Shown here piece after piece: positions 46,505 to 56,152 of a stretch of 64,000 nucleotides of DNA. Both the position numbers and the translations under genes were made by a program. Position 1 is the stretch's first letter; each line of letters starts with the position of its first letter. The stretch is from a virus, in the IMG/VR virus record IMGVR_UViG_3300049893_002799, positions 17,273 through 81,272 of that record. One strand, written 5' to 3'. The notes under the pieces were generated by a model, which did not search any database, was not told where the DNA came from, and worked only from the letters and a program-made list of their open reading frames with translations.

Positions 46505-49372
46505 TTAATTACCTTGTCTACTATTCACTTGCCTCAATAAATCCTGTGCATCCCTATTCCGACCTTGTGCCTGTAGTGCTAATGCATCTACTACTTTAGC
46601 AAGATTTTGCACACTGGTATCTAGATTTGCAGATGAGTCAACTAGTGATTTAAAGTTTTCAGGCTTTAAGACCTCTGCTTGAGCCTTCATTGCTGAAGTG
46701 ATTTCATGCAGATTACCATTCACCGATTTCAATCCTTCTGCATACTCTGTAACTCCTGCCAATGCGCCAGCTTGTTGTGCTTCAAATGCAGCATCTTCCG
46801 GGGTTACAAGTTCTTTTCTACCTGTTTTCCCTGAATAATCTCTCTTTTTAGCCTCAACATCTAGGTTACCAAAAGCTGCAAATGCTTCAAAACTCTCAGG
46901 TCTTCCATATATAGCCTGTGTAATGGAACGAAACTCGGTATCAGCTCGCTTCTTGTCTTCTTCTGATAAATTTGGGTCACCTAATCTTGTAGCAACATCC
47001 ATCAATCTAGCATGCTTTTCTTTATCCCATGCAAAAGATTGTGTTTTTTCAGTAAGGGTCTTTCTTAAATTGATATTAGCTTGTTCTCTTAGAGTTTCTT
47101 CACTTACTGTCTTACCGCCAGCCTCAATTTCTCTAGCCCAATCACTTAAACCGTGTTTTTCTAAAACCTTTCGCTGCTCTTCAGGATACAATCCCTTCAT
47201 CTCTTTCATTATTTGAGCAGCTTGTTGGGGCTTTAATTTTGCACCAGCTTCTGCACCAATAGTTCCTGCGCGTAAGCCTAGCTTGCTAAACATTTCTGCG
47301 CTTTGAACTAAACTAGGAATATCAACTTGACGACGGTTTAGTACATCTTCGTACGTCTTTCCGATATCAGCCGTTATTCCGGCGCGCTGCGCCTCACTAA
47401 CTCCCATAGACTCGAGCGCACCAAAAACCGCTCCAGCTCTAGCAGCTGCACCACCAAATGTAGATATGCCGCCAGCTGATGTTCTAGCAGAAATACTAAA
47501 TATTCCACGAGTCATTTCACCTATATTTTTTGATGAATCCATTCCAGTAGCAACAGCATTTTTAAGGATAGCTTCGAGGTCTCTTGTATTACCGCCTGCT
47601 CCAGCAATTTGACCACGTAGGTTCATATATTCTTCAGGAGCAAGTAGTCCAGCTTTAGCGGTCCTTCCAGCTGCCGCCACATCCGATGTCCTAAACTGTC
47701 GACCTAATGCACCCAAACCTGCTTGAGTAAGCCCCATAACTTCTTGTTGAGACAAGCCGTACTGTAGAGCCATATTTCTCTGAAACTCGACGCCGCGCAA
47801 ATCTTGAAGAATACCTCCTCTAGCACCACCTGCTCCACTTGTTGCTGTCCACGATCCGCGGGTGTAATCCATTGCCTGCTGGCGAACATATGCAGTAATC
47901 TGTTGCTGAGCAGTTTCTTGCGCGATTTTTGCCTGATATGCATCTAGGAATGCTTCGGTTTTTGTGGCGCCGCTTTGTAGTTTTGCGACTTGTCCACTCG
48001 TTTGTTCTATACCGCCAGCTGAACTACTTATCGCACCAAGAGTTCCACCTATAGCAGCTCCTACTCCTGTCCCAATACCCGGGATAATTGATCCTACAAT
48101 TGCTCCTTTTGCAGCACCCGACAATGCTCCAGTGATTAGTGCACCAGTTGCAGATGTACCACTACCGATTGCAGAAGCAACCGATGCCTTATACTCTTTA
48201 TCGCTCATCTCTTTTGCGAATTCGGCAGCACGATTATATGTACCGCCGGAGGTCCGCATAAGTGCGGCCATATCACCACGCGCTGCAGCCGCTGAATCCA
48301 TGAATCTCTGATTAGCTGCACCAGCAATGCCAGTTTGAAGTCGTGTCTTATCCATCTCTTGAGTAATGGTCCACTGGCGATATATATTGGCGCCGCTCTG
48401 GATCACCGGTCCAAGCATTTGCATGCCTTCGCCTACAGCTCCTATTATCGCACCACCACGACCTCCCGGTCCACCGACTCCAAGTCGCTTCATCTCATCT
48501 AGCTGGGTTTCTTTAGACTTGATATTTGATTTTATGTCTTCAAATTCTTTTGATAGCTCATCAACATTAGACGCGTTATTCTTAATAGCCTTATCTAATT
48601 CCTTAAACGTCGCAATTAGTTTTTTTGATTCAACATCTAGTTCTTCGCGTAGATTTTTTGCAGTGCCAGCTCTACCTTCGCGAACTTTTTGTCGCTCGAC
48701 ATCGCTGATCATAGATTCTTCTAGCTTATGAGTATAAAGTGCAGCAGCTTGATGAACAGATTTGATATCTGTCCCCATCTTTCTTTGGTGCGCGATAGCT
48801 CCAGTGACAAGACCCTGCTCCTGCTTCATCTTATCCATTTGTATATTAAGGGCAGAAATCTTTCTAACATCTAGATTTTCAGCTTCTGTAGCTTCTATTA
48901 TGCGTTGTCGCTGCTTATCGATATTGATATCAAGATGCTGCTGTCGCTTTTCTAAGGCCGATGAGGATGATTCTGCCATTTTAACGACATCACCGTATTC
49001 TGCGGCAGAATGGGCAACACGGGAGATATCTTCTTTAGTCTGACGCACGCCCACAGCAGTACGCATACCGGTTCTTAATGTCTTTTCAGCTCCAGCACCG
49101 CGTCTCTGCTCTAAGCTTGCTTGTAGTTTAATTAACTCATTGCTTTGAGCAGCAATCTGTGATATCTGTACACGCTTTTCTTCATCGGTCTTATCCGTCG
49201 CAGTAATGATTGACGCTAAAGCCTCATCATTACGCTTGATAATGGAGGATACATCATACTCATGCATTGATGGGGTGCGGGTTTTAGCCCTATAAGTCCG
49301 TAAAACTTCTTGCCCGCGACTAGCAAATGTCTGATCTCTAGTTTTATCTTTAGTCTTATCTTTATCCGCCAT
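46505..49372 (-). CDS. tape measure protein
   Basis: ~955-aa Ala/Gly-rich helical ORF with GAIVGSIIPGIGTGVGAAIGG segment, directly after the tail chaperones. Confidence 0.8.
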   Translation of the reverse strand: MADKDKTKDKTRDQTFASRGQEVLRTYRAKTRTPSMHEYDVSSIIKRNDEALASIITATDKTDEEKRVQISQIAAQSNELIKLQASLEQRRGAGAEKTLRTGMRTAVGVRQTKEDISRVAHSAAEYGDVVKMAESSSSALEKRQQHLDINIDKQRQRIIEATEAENLDVRKISALNIQMDKMKQEQGLVTGAIAHQRKMGTDIKSVHQAAALYTHKLEESMISDVERQKVREGRAGTAKNLREELDVESKKLIATFKELDKAIKNNASNVDELSKEFEDIKSNIKSKETQLDEMKRLGVGGPGGRGGAIIGAVGEGMQMLGPVIQSGANIYRQWTITQEMDKTRLQTGIAGAANQRFMDSAAAARGDMAALMRTSGGTYNRAAEFAKEMSDKEYKASVASAIGSGTSATGALITGALSGAAKGAIVGSIIPGIGTGVGAAIGGTLGAISSSAGGIEQTSGQVAKLQSGATKTEAFLDAYQAKIAQETAQQQITAYVRQQAMDYTRGSWTATSGAGGARGGILQDLRGVEFQRNMALQYGLSQQEVMGLTQAGLGALGRQFRTSDVAAAGRTAKAGLLAPEEYMNLRGQIAGAGGNTRDLEAILKNAVATGMDSSKNIGEMTRGIFSISARTSAGGISTFGGAAARAGAVFGALESMGVSEAQRAGITADIGKTYEDVLNRRQVDIPSLVQSAEMFSKLGLRAGTIGAEAGAKLKPQQAAQIMKEMKGLYPEEQRKVLEKHGLSDWAREIEAGGKTVSEETLREQANINLRKTLTEKTQSFAWDKEKHARLMDVATRLGDPNLSEEDKKRADTEFRSITQAIYGRPESFEAFAAFGNLDVEAKKRDYSGKTGRKELVTPEDAAFEAQQAGALAGVTEYAEGLKSVNGNLHEITSAMKAQAEVLKPENFKSLVDSSANLDTSVQNLAKVVDALALQAQGRNRDAQDLLRQVNSRQGN

Positions 49373-49845
49373 CACTTATCTTCTATAAAAGTAGGTGAGT
49401 TAAAGTTTAGGTCTAGATCTTCACCAAAATCTTCGCCATATTTTTCTTTTTCTTTAGCAAGCTGCTCTTCCATCCATCGAACATTATCTGGATCCTTGCT
49501 TGGATCCATTTGGGCTTCAAGTTCTTCAGCTTCCATTTGATCGGCCCAACTCTGAGCTTCTTTCTCTTTTTCTTCTTCTATCTTATCATTTTCCTCTTCA
49601 GCTTGCTCTTTTTGAGCTTTTCTGAACTCTTTAATACTCTGGAACTCATACATTAGCTCTTCAAGGGAATAGGATTGTAGAATAGGGTCCTTCATAGGCC
49701 TATTCCACTTCTCGCACCACCAATTTACAAGGAATAAATAGTATTCGCGTTCGCTAGTTATGTTCCTAGCGTCATTTGCAGCTAACTTGTGGATATCTTC
49801 AAATATGGAGGACGCACCAAGGCGTTCTCCTTCTACCCGTTTCCC
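49372..49845 (-). CDS. tail assembly chaperone, frameshift (G-T type) C-terminal part
   Basis: Frame open from 49857 through the annotated 49695 ATG (...FLVNWWCEKWNRPMKDPILQSYSLEELMYEF); -1 relative to the upstream chaperone. Confidence 0.75.
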   Translation of the reverse strand, partial: GKRVEGERLGASSIFEDIHKLAANDARNITSEREYYLFLVNWWCEKWNRPMKDPILQSYSLEELMYEFQSIKEFRKAQKEQAEEENDKIEEEKEKEAQSWADQMEAEELEAQMDPSKDPDNVRWMEEQLAKEKEKYGEDFGEDLDLNFNSPTFIEDK

Positions 49846-50228
49846 TTTGGGGCATCCTTATCTTGAGGATTAGCCTTACTACGGATCTCATTTCGCCACT
49901 CTTGCTCAAGCTTCTGAATCTCATCGTATATAGTTACAATAACGTTTTCGTCCAGCATCTTGGAGCCATAGTCCAAGCTAGACCACCAGTCCGGCCACTT
50001 AACAAGCTTGATTCTGATAGTAGATAAAATTTCGGCTAGACCAGCTAAAGAACTAGATGGGTTAGCATAGTCTGCCATCAGGCGTGTTTTTTCTAATTCT
50101 TTAAGATGCTTATCTGAGACATTTAGAACGCACTTGGTGGTAAACTGTCCTTCAAACTTCTCACCACTTGTGTCGCCTTCTAAACTAATGTGGAAGGTTT
50201 TCTCGTTTTTGGGTAACGCGCCGTACAT
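49833..50228 (-). CDS. tail assembly chaperone (gpG-like)
   Basis: Between tube genes and tape measure; slippery site at its 3' end; AGGAGG SD. Confidence 0.78.
   Translation of the reverse strand: MYGALPKNEKTFHISLEGDTSGEKFEGQFTTKCVLNVSDKHLKELEKTRLMADYANPSSSLAGLAEILSTIRIKLVKWPDWWSSLDYGSKMLDENVIVTIYDEIQKLEQEWRNEIRSKANPQDKDAPKGNG
49839..49851 (-). other. programmed -1 ribosomal frameshift site
   Basis: mRNA GCC CCA AAG GGA AAC GGG TAG contains the X XXY YYZ heptamers C CCA AAG, A AAG GGA and G GGA AAC. Confidence 0.75.
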
Positions 50229-50262
50229 TTCGCCTCCTAGGTTAATACAAGGCGATTATACC

Positions 50263-50856
50263 TTAAAAGAATGAACTTATAGCCGCAATACCACCCTGAT
50301 CAGAACCATCTGCACCTTTTGGATAATCTGGGTTCATCATCTCATCTATCCAGCCTAATGCTTTCCAGTTTAACTGTATCGTTGATAATTCACCAGCTTG
50401 AAGACTCTGGCTCTTACTTGTGATAACAGCTTTATGAGTCTTAAAGATAGTTTGTCCAGTGGTTTGATCGCTTATTTCAATGGTTATATACTTATGCATA
50501 AGAAATGAGAGTGCATTAGCTTGTACTAGCTGTTTTGTCGGTCCCTTACTTGGAACATGAAACATCGAAAGCGTGCCACTAACAGACACCCGCGTTGGCA
50601 TAAGCTCATATGCTATATATTCGTCTATTGTGCGGTTCTCTTCGTGAGCCGTCTCGATATTAAAGTTAACACCGAATGCAAAACCAAACAGCTGATCATT
50701 CACCTTAATAATAGCTCTTGCGCCGCTCATGTAGCGGCCGAAATTATTTAAAGGAGATGCGGCGCCGATAGCGCTATTGAGGAGATTGTCGGCCAAACCA
50801 GATGTGGCACCACTTAAAGTACTTTTTTCTGTAATAGCATTTTTAATATTTGCCAT
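50263..50856 (-). CDS. tail tube-like protein, paralog 3
   Basis: YMSGARAIIKVNDQLFGFA...E...YELMP..VSVSGTLS. Confidence 0.65.
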   Translation of the reverse strand: MANIKNAITEKSTLSGATSGLADNLLNSAIGAASPLNNFGRYMSGARAIIKVNDQLFGFAFGVNFNIETAHEENRTIDEYIAYELMPTRVSVSGTLSMFHVPSKGPTKQLVQANALSFLMHKYITIEISDQTTGQTIFKTHKAVITSKSQSLQAGELSTIQLNWKALGWIDEMMNPDYPKGADGSDQGGIAAISSFF

Positions 50857-51476
50857 CAGCTGAACTCCTGTCCAACACCGGACTTGCGAGCTATAAATGT
50901 ATCATCGTCTACATATCTAGCTCTAAAAGTCATAGTAAGTGTAGCAACTCCACGCTTATTGAGCTCGAACTGCAAATCCTCAAATCGACAATCCCTAATC
51001 AAGACAGCGGGTGTATCATCATACTCGCCTGGATTAAAGTTTGACTTAGGTATTTTCTGTCTTATCTCGATATCAAACATCTTTGACTGAAATAACCTAG
51101 AAGGATTAAAATTATCGTCAGGTGAGCCATCAAACTGACCATCAGATGTCGGAAGACCGAGTGCTGAACCTATGGCTCCACCGAACGACGATAATCCATA
51201 GCTTCCAACACTATTACCTAGATTATTGACATTATCCGGGGCATGTTCTCCAAAGTAGCTAGCTAAACCTCTACCATACCTAATAACAGAGAGTGTGCCA
51301 GTAACATCGTAAGCTAGAGGCTGAACATTCTCGACCTCGAATCTACCTAAGACACGTGGGGCAGCATGCTTAACACTGATTTTATAAGAAACATTAGTAG
51401 CATACGCTACAGTCTTATTATTGACCAGTATTTTAGCGTTTCCGCCGGTGAGAAAGAATGGAGTTTTGCCTGCCAT
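50856..51476 (-). CDS. tail tube-like protein, paralog 2
   Basis: FLTGGNAKILVNNKTVAYAT, LGRFEV...PLAYDVTGTLSVIRY, FDIEI, IRDCR, LNKRGV shared with the tube gene. Confidence 0.72.
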   Translation of the reverse strand: MAGKTPFFLTGGNAKILVNNKTVAYATNVSYKISVKHAAPRVLGRFEVENVQPLAYDVTGTLSVIRYGRGLASYFGEHAPDNVNNLGNSVGSYGLSSFGGAIGSALGLPTSDGQFDGSPDDNFNPSRLFQSKMFDIEIRQKIPKSNFNPGEYDDTPAVLIRDCRFEDLQFELNKRGVATLTMTFRARYVDDDTFIARKSGVGQEFS

Positions 51477-51497
51477 CTCGTGTCCTATATACTATAA

Positions 51498-51543
51498 AAC
51501 CTCTATAGAAGACCTATGTTGCCTAAGTTCTTCTATAGAGGTT
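51498..51543 (-). terminator. stem-loop/terminator after the tail tube gene
   Basis: 15-bp perfect inverted repeat AACCTCTATAGAAGA / TCTTCTATAGAGGTT. Confidence 0.6.
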
Positions 51544-51551
51544 CTACAAAA

Positions 51552-52106
51552 TTAAGAAAGGTCAACTAACTTAGAACCACTTGTAGATACAGGTACTGCA
51601 ACAGCATCATCTGTGTCGCCAGCCAAGATACCCACGAACGTATACGAGTCAACCATAACTCCACGCTTGTTTAAAGCAGAGGAACGGCGTGTAACGCGGC
51701 AGTCATGAATTTTAAATACAGCATTTGCGGTCGATTCAGTCGTATCGCTTGCAAGAGCGGATGTTGCCTGGAAGATTTCCATATCAAACGAAGAAGACGA
51801 TAGTACGCGACCTGGATCAAGTTGTGTACCAACTTTATTGCTGTCTCCAAGTTGATCAGCTGGGTTACCGTTAGCAGCACCGCTTTCTGGTTTAATATGT
51901 TTTGTGTAACGAATTACAGAAAACGACCCGTTAACGCTATAAGCGATAGGCTCATAAGCTTTAACTTCGTAAGACCCGATAGCTTCGATAGGGATAGTAG
52001 CCATATCGACAGTGTAATTAAGGTCTGTACAGTAAGCCAATGTTTTGTTGTCGAGCTTAATTCGTGCGTTTGCACCTGAAATAAACCCTGGTTTAATACC
52101 TGCCAT
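51552..52106 (-). CDS. major tail tube protein
   Basis: 184 aa directly after the sheath; FISGANARIKLD, IGSYEV..YEPIAYSVNG. Confidence 0.8.
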   Translation of the reverse strand: MAGIKPGFISGANARIKLDNKTLAYCTDLNYTVDMATIPIEAIGSYEVKAYEPIAYSVNGSFSVIRYTKHIKPESGAANGNPADQLGDSNKVGTQLDPGRVLSSSSFDMEIFQATSALASDTTESTANAVFKIHDCRVTRRSSALNKRGVMVDSYTFVGILAGDTDDAVAVPVSTSGSKLVDLS

Positions 52107-52200
52107 TCTAATTCTCCTTTGGGCGTTGCGGTTCGCCTTACCTTGACATTTTTTTAAGTCACACCAATGGACTCAGCTTAATACTACCATATAAATTGAT

Positions 52201-52235
52201 AAAATAAAACCCCACTAGAGTTAACTAGTGGGGTT
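52201..52235 (-). terminator. intrinsic terminator after the sheath gene
   Basis: 11-bp stem AACCCCACTAG/CTAGTGGGGTT followed by TTATTTT on the minus strand. Confidence 0.75.
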
Positions 52236-52251
52236 AATAATTTGCTTAAGA

Positions 52252-54426
52252 TTAAGCAGAAGCGCGCTGGATTGTAATCTCGCTCAAGATGAAGTCAATG
52301 CCTTCAACAATCTTAATGGTTACTTCAACATAGATGGTGTTACCTTCTAGTCGAACAACCAGATTCTTAAAGCCTTGCGGAGCATCCGGTGTACTAACAG
52401 TAATACCCTGTGTTAAGAATCCGTTCAAGATGGTACTAGCAGTACCAGCGATATCAGCAACCGATACGGTGTTCTTCTTACCAACGTAGATAGCTTCTAA
52501 GCTATTGCGGAAGTTGAACGCTACGATATCTGCTGCATAGATAACATTACCGCGGTTCCATACGAAGTTACCATCGCGACCGTATGTAGTGTTATCAACC
52601 ACAACTCGGAATCCACCGTTTTGAGGAGCTTCCAGGAAGGTGATACCTGACTGGATAGCGTCATCGGTTTGCAAATCTGGATCAAAATCAACCACAATGT
52701 CTGCATCAGGAGTAGACATAGCTTGAGCAGTATGGCGCAGGCCAGAGCAGTTCAAGAACTTGAAGGTCATCGGTTCGCCGATAGGAGCACCGCCGCGAGC
52801 ACCAGCCAACAGACATGCTAATGCCCATGGTTGGAACCACTTGATCACACCTTGACCATCAGTTTGGCGGATGTCCTGGATAAGCAACTGCATACGACCG
52901 TCAGCCAGATCACCGGCCTTGATCTTACAATCAGCATAGCTATCTTTAAGCGACAAGTATCCTTGACGCTCAGAGCGCTTCTTGGTGGTCTTCATCAACG
53001 AGATGTGTGTCTTCACGGCTTGGTGAATAGCATCGATCGTGTAAGAAGAACCAGAATCAGTTAAGCTGTCAGCAATATCAGCAGTAGCATCACGGCTGAA
53101 GAGAGGAACGATTGAGTTCACATGGAACTTCTCAAATTTCTCAAGAGCTGCAACGATACTTGCAGAAGAGGTTGCACCTTTTGCTCCACCGCTGAGCAGG
53201 GTTTCAGACAATGCGTCTGGAAGACCTTTAGCAGCTTGATCTATCAATTCGGCCATAGAGCTTTCTGCGAAGAAATCTGCCACATCTTGTGCGTCTTTCT
53301 TGATACGTGCTGGCTTACCAGCAGCAGGAGAAAGAGCACCGATACTAGATACTTCATCTAATGCTTCAGGAGACAGTTGGTTATACAAGGTACTAGAGAG
53401 CGATGCGCTCCATCCGCCGTAGGAAGCAAGATTCAACTCATCAACAAGATCTTTAAGTATTGCAAAACCTGATTTCGGCAGGATAGCAGATCCTAAGTTG
53501 GTTGTAAGAGTGATATTGGTGGCATCGACAGTGACAGAGGCGCTAGTAACACCACCGGTTCCATCGTGACCAACCTGAAGTACGATATTTCCACCAAGCG
53601 TGTCGCTTTCTGAGAAACCATCGCGAAGTTGTTTAAGTGTTAAAGTTGCACTAGCTTCAGCTGCAGGAGTTTTAAGACCTACAGTCATATTCATATCTGC
53701 AAGAGTGCTACCTGTACCATCAGTTAGTTCAAAGCTTCGTCCCCAGCCATTCTGATGAGATGTTGGAGCAGCAGCCATTGCGATAGTAAGAGTCGATGCT
53801 CCGTTAGAACCACCTGCTGTGAATGTCATACCGGCTACAGACCAAGTAGCAACATCGGCAGCAAAAGCAGCCTGGTTAGCATAGGTACCAGCTACAGTTA
53901 CAGTTGTCTCAGTTGCACCGTTAACGCGAACTTTAAAGTTACCAGCACTCACTAGAGTTTCATCGAACGCAGCAGTAGATGATGCTGTTGCAGGTGTTTC
54001 GGAAACTAGTACATTCTTGACAGAAACTTTGTTTCCACCCACGCCCCATTCACGAGCACGAGCAGTTCCGTAGGTAGTTGCTAGATCAAGCTCTGCACGA
54101 ACAGAAGCGTTAGTCTTGTAGAACCAAACAGTTTGCGCTCCAGAAGGAATAGCAGCATCGGCAGCTGGGGCAAAAAGCATTCCAGCGGAATCTACGATTG
54201 GTCCGCTTCGATATTTGCTTCTAATTACAGAAATTTGATCTGCCGAGAAACGGTTGTTAGCAATATTGAGCTCTTGTGCACCAGGTGCACCAGCATCTGC
54301 TTCACCGAAAACAGCAATCAGACCAGCAGGTCCAAGTGGGAAACCACCGCCTAAGTCGATATTTGACTTAGAGTATGAACCCGGCTTATATATCGTAGCG
54401 CCGTTGAATGATACATTAATCGCCAT
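52252..54426 (-). CDS. tail sheath protein
   Basis: FNGATIYKPGSYS N-terminus, GEADAG.PG, AREWG..GN, GEPMTFK, GFRVVVDNTTY, C-terminal IDFIL; GGAGG SD. Confidence 0.88.
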   Translation of the reverse strand: MAINVSFNGATIYKPGSYSKSNIDLGGGFPLGPAGLIAVFGEADAGAPGAQELNIANNRFSADQISVIRSKYRSGPIVDSAGMLFAPAADAAIPSGAQTVWFYKTNASVRAELDLATTYGTARAREWGVGGNKVSVKNVLVSETPATASSTAAFDETLVSAGNFKVRVNGATETTVTVAGTYANQAAFAADVATWSVAGMTFTAGGSNGASTLTIAMAAAPTSHQNGWGRSFELTDGTGSTLADMNMTVGLKTPAAEASATLTLKQLRDGFSESDTLGGNIVLQVGHDGTGGVTSASVTVDATNITLTTNLGSAILPKSGFAILKDLVDELNLASYGGWSASLSSTLYNQLSPEALDEVSSIGALSPAAGKPARIKKDAQDVADFFAESSMAELIDQAAKGLPDALSETLLSGGAKGATSSASIVAALEKFEKFHVNSIVPLFSRDATADIADSLTDSGSSYTIDAIHQAVKTHISLMKTTKKRSERQGYLSLKDSYADCKIKAGDLADGRMQLLIQDIRQTDGQGVIKWFQPWALACLLAGARGGAPIGEPMTFKFLNCSGLRHTAQAMSTPDADIVVDFDPDLQTDDAIQSGITFLEAPQNGGFRVVVDNTTYGRDGNFVWNRGNVIYAADIVAFNFRNSLEAIYVGKKNTVSVADIAGTASTILNGFLTQGITVSTPDAPQGFKNLVVRLEGNTIYVEVTIKIVEGIDFILSEITIQRASA

Positions 54427-54462
54427 TTGTTGGCCTCCCAATTATTTCAAGTTAGCATTCAT

Positions 54463-54471
54463 ATTATAGCA
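54463..54471 (-). promoter_or_regulatory. extended -10 promoter TGCTATAAT (sheath gene)
   Basis: Intergenic, upstream of the sheath; no -35 at 17-bp spacing. Confidence 0.6.
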
Positions 54472-54492
54472 TACCCGCTAACCTAATATGAG

Positions 54493-54735
54493 TTAAAGTC
54501 CGAACAGTTTCAAACCTTCATCATATTTGGTAGCCAGCTCTTGTTTCTTTAGACCGCGAGCATTAAAATCAGCCCAGATTATCTCTTTCAAGTGCGGTCG
54601 TAAAGGCGTGCGCTTTTGGAGAAGAATCCACCACTCGTCAAAGCTGAGACTTTTTTCTGGCACAGGGGCCGCCTGTGCATCTCGTTTAGCTGCTTCCATT
54701 TCTCTTATCTGACGCTTAAGACTTTTTTCTGCCAT
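54493..54735 (-). CDS. small hypothetical protein preceding the sheath
   Basis: GGAG SD; position in the neck-tail module. Confidence 0.65.
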   Translation of the reverse strand: MAEKSLKRQIREMEAAKRDAQAAPVPEKSLSFDEWWILLQKRTPLRPHLKEIIWADFNARGLKKQELATKYDEGLKLFGL

Positions 54736-54776
54736 TTTTATCTCCATATCTTATGATATCTTAATACAGTACCTAA

Positions 54777-55421
54777 TCATATATCTACTTCAATATCGGT
54801 AGAATCGCTGCTCGCAAACAAGTCAACTTCAATATCGCCAATATCTAGGTACGGTGAAGCATCCCAGAAATTCTGAACAACACAGCGAAACCGTATTGTC
54901 CTAACCCACACATTGTCTGCCATTTTACTATTGTCGCGCAAGTTATCTGTTGCACTAAATGTCTGTAATTGCAGACCTAATCGCTCTGCCTGCCTCTTTC
55001 TCTTGAAGAGGATATAGTTGACTATGTAATAAAGCCACAGAGATTCATCGCTATTTTTAGGAGCCATTATGAGAACATCTAAGTTAACTACAAACGGACT
55101 TACTCCAACATCAGCCTCTTCACCCATGTCCCAGTGATCACCAATTGCAGCCTTACTCTCATCTTCCTGCTCTGAGGCTAACTTAATGGCGATCTGTGGT
55201 GCTTGCTGAGGATTCAGCGACCATGCCTGCACTACAGGAATCTCTGTCTCTAGAAACCATTTCTTTATATTATCAATATACTTAACGCCGTAGTCCCTAT
55301 TTATAGGCTCTACTGTGTAATACTGGAATATATCATTAAGTACAGCAGGGTTTTGCTTAACTATCTGCATTCCTTGCCATATCACTCTATGAAGAGCTAC
55401 TTGTGGTATTACGTGTGCCAT
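54777..55421 (-). CDS. tail completion/terminator-like protein
   Basis: PQIAIKLASEQE, LWLYYIVNYIL, WVRTIRF; position upstream of the sheath. Confidence 0.6.
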   Translation of the reverse strand: MAHVIPQVALHRVIWQGMQIVKQNPAVLNDIFQYYTVEPINRDYGVKYIDNIKKWFLETEIPVVQAWSLNPQQAPQIAIKLASEQEDESKAAIGDHWDMGEEADVGVSPFVVNLDVLIMAPKNSDESLWLYYIVNYILFKRKRQAERLGLQLQTFSATDNLRDNSKMADNVWVRTIRFRCVVQNFWDASPYLDIGDIEVDLFASSDSTDIEVDI

Positions 55422-56149
55422 TATGTTCTCACATATGATGAATAATATGAGTCTATTATATTACTTATACCCGCCAACGATGCATCGACCAGCTGGCGAT
55501 TTAAGTCTCTAATATAGTCTGTCATATCAGCTTGTTTGGCCGGAATTACCCAAGAAGTATGGGGATCCTGCTTATCCGAAGCAGTTCTGAACTCAACATC
55601 GCTACTTCTAGTACTTGTGGCTTGCTTGGATGTGTGTATCGCCCCTAGCTGTCGAGATAGATCTTCTCTAATTGCAGCAGCAACACCAAGTCGCTTATCA
55701 GCAGTATGCTTTCGCAAAGCATCTCTTGCCGCATCCTGCGCGTCTTTTCTAGCCTGCAGCATATTAAACATGCTTTGCTGGACCTGTACATCTTTTTTCT
55801 GCATAGGTATGACTTTATGACGACTACCATCTTTACTAACTTCAGCATTTTTCAACAAGTTCGGCAACATTTCCTGGGCATCTTTTGAGTAGTCTAAATT
55901 ACCAGAATGAGAGGAAATTGTATACACGCCGTTATAGTCAGGTAGTACCTGAATATCATCTACGAACTCATCTGCTCCAATCTCTAAAGCATAGTCTAAT
56001 GCAGAGCTGACATTATTAGAGACAAGCTCTACCAACATCTCATTTATATCGCCTAATAAGGCGTCACATATAGTTTGAGCTTCTTGACTGTCAGTGCCAG
56101 CGCGATAAAGGTCTGATCTAAATCTCTCTATCTCCAGCTGGATACTCAT
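55421..56149 (-). CDS. neck protein (Ne1-like)
   Basis: MLPNLLKNAEVSKDG.R.KVIP, FRTASDK...SWVIP motifs. Confidence 0.62.
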   Translation of the reverse strand: MSIQLEIERFRSDLYRAGTDSQEAQTICDALLGDINEMLVELVSNNVSSALDYALEIGADEFVDDIQVLPDYNGVYTISSHSGNLDYSKDAQEMLPNLLKNAEVSKDGSRHKVIPMQKKDVQVQQSMFNMLQARKDAQDAARDALRKHTADKRLGVAAAIREDLSRQLGAIHTSKQATSTRSSDVEFRTASDKQDPHTSWVIPAKQADMTDYIRDLNRQLVDASLAGISNIIDSYYSSYVRT

Positions 56150-56152
56150 AGA

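Noticed and set aside
49758-49835. Amber readthrough as the chaperone extension mechanism
   Set aside because: The 0 frame hits another TAG and then TAA at 49758; only the -1 frame joins the downstream ORF.
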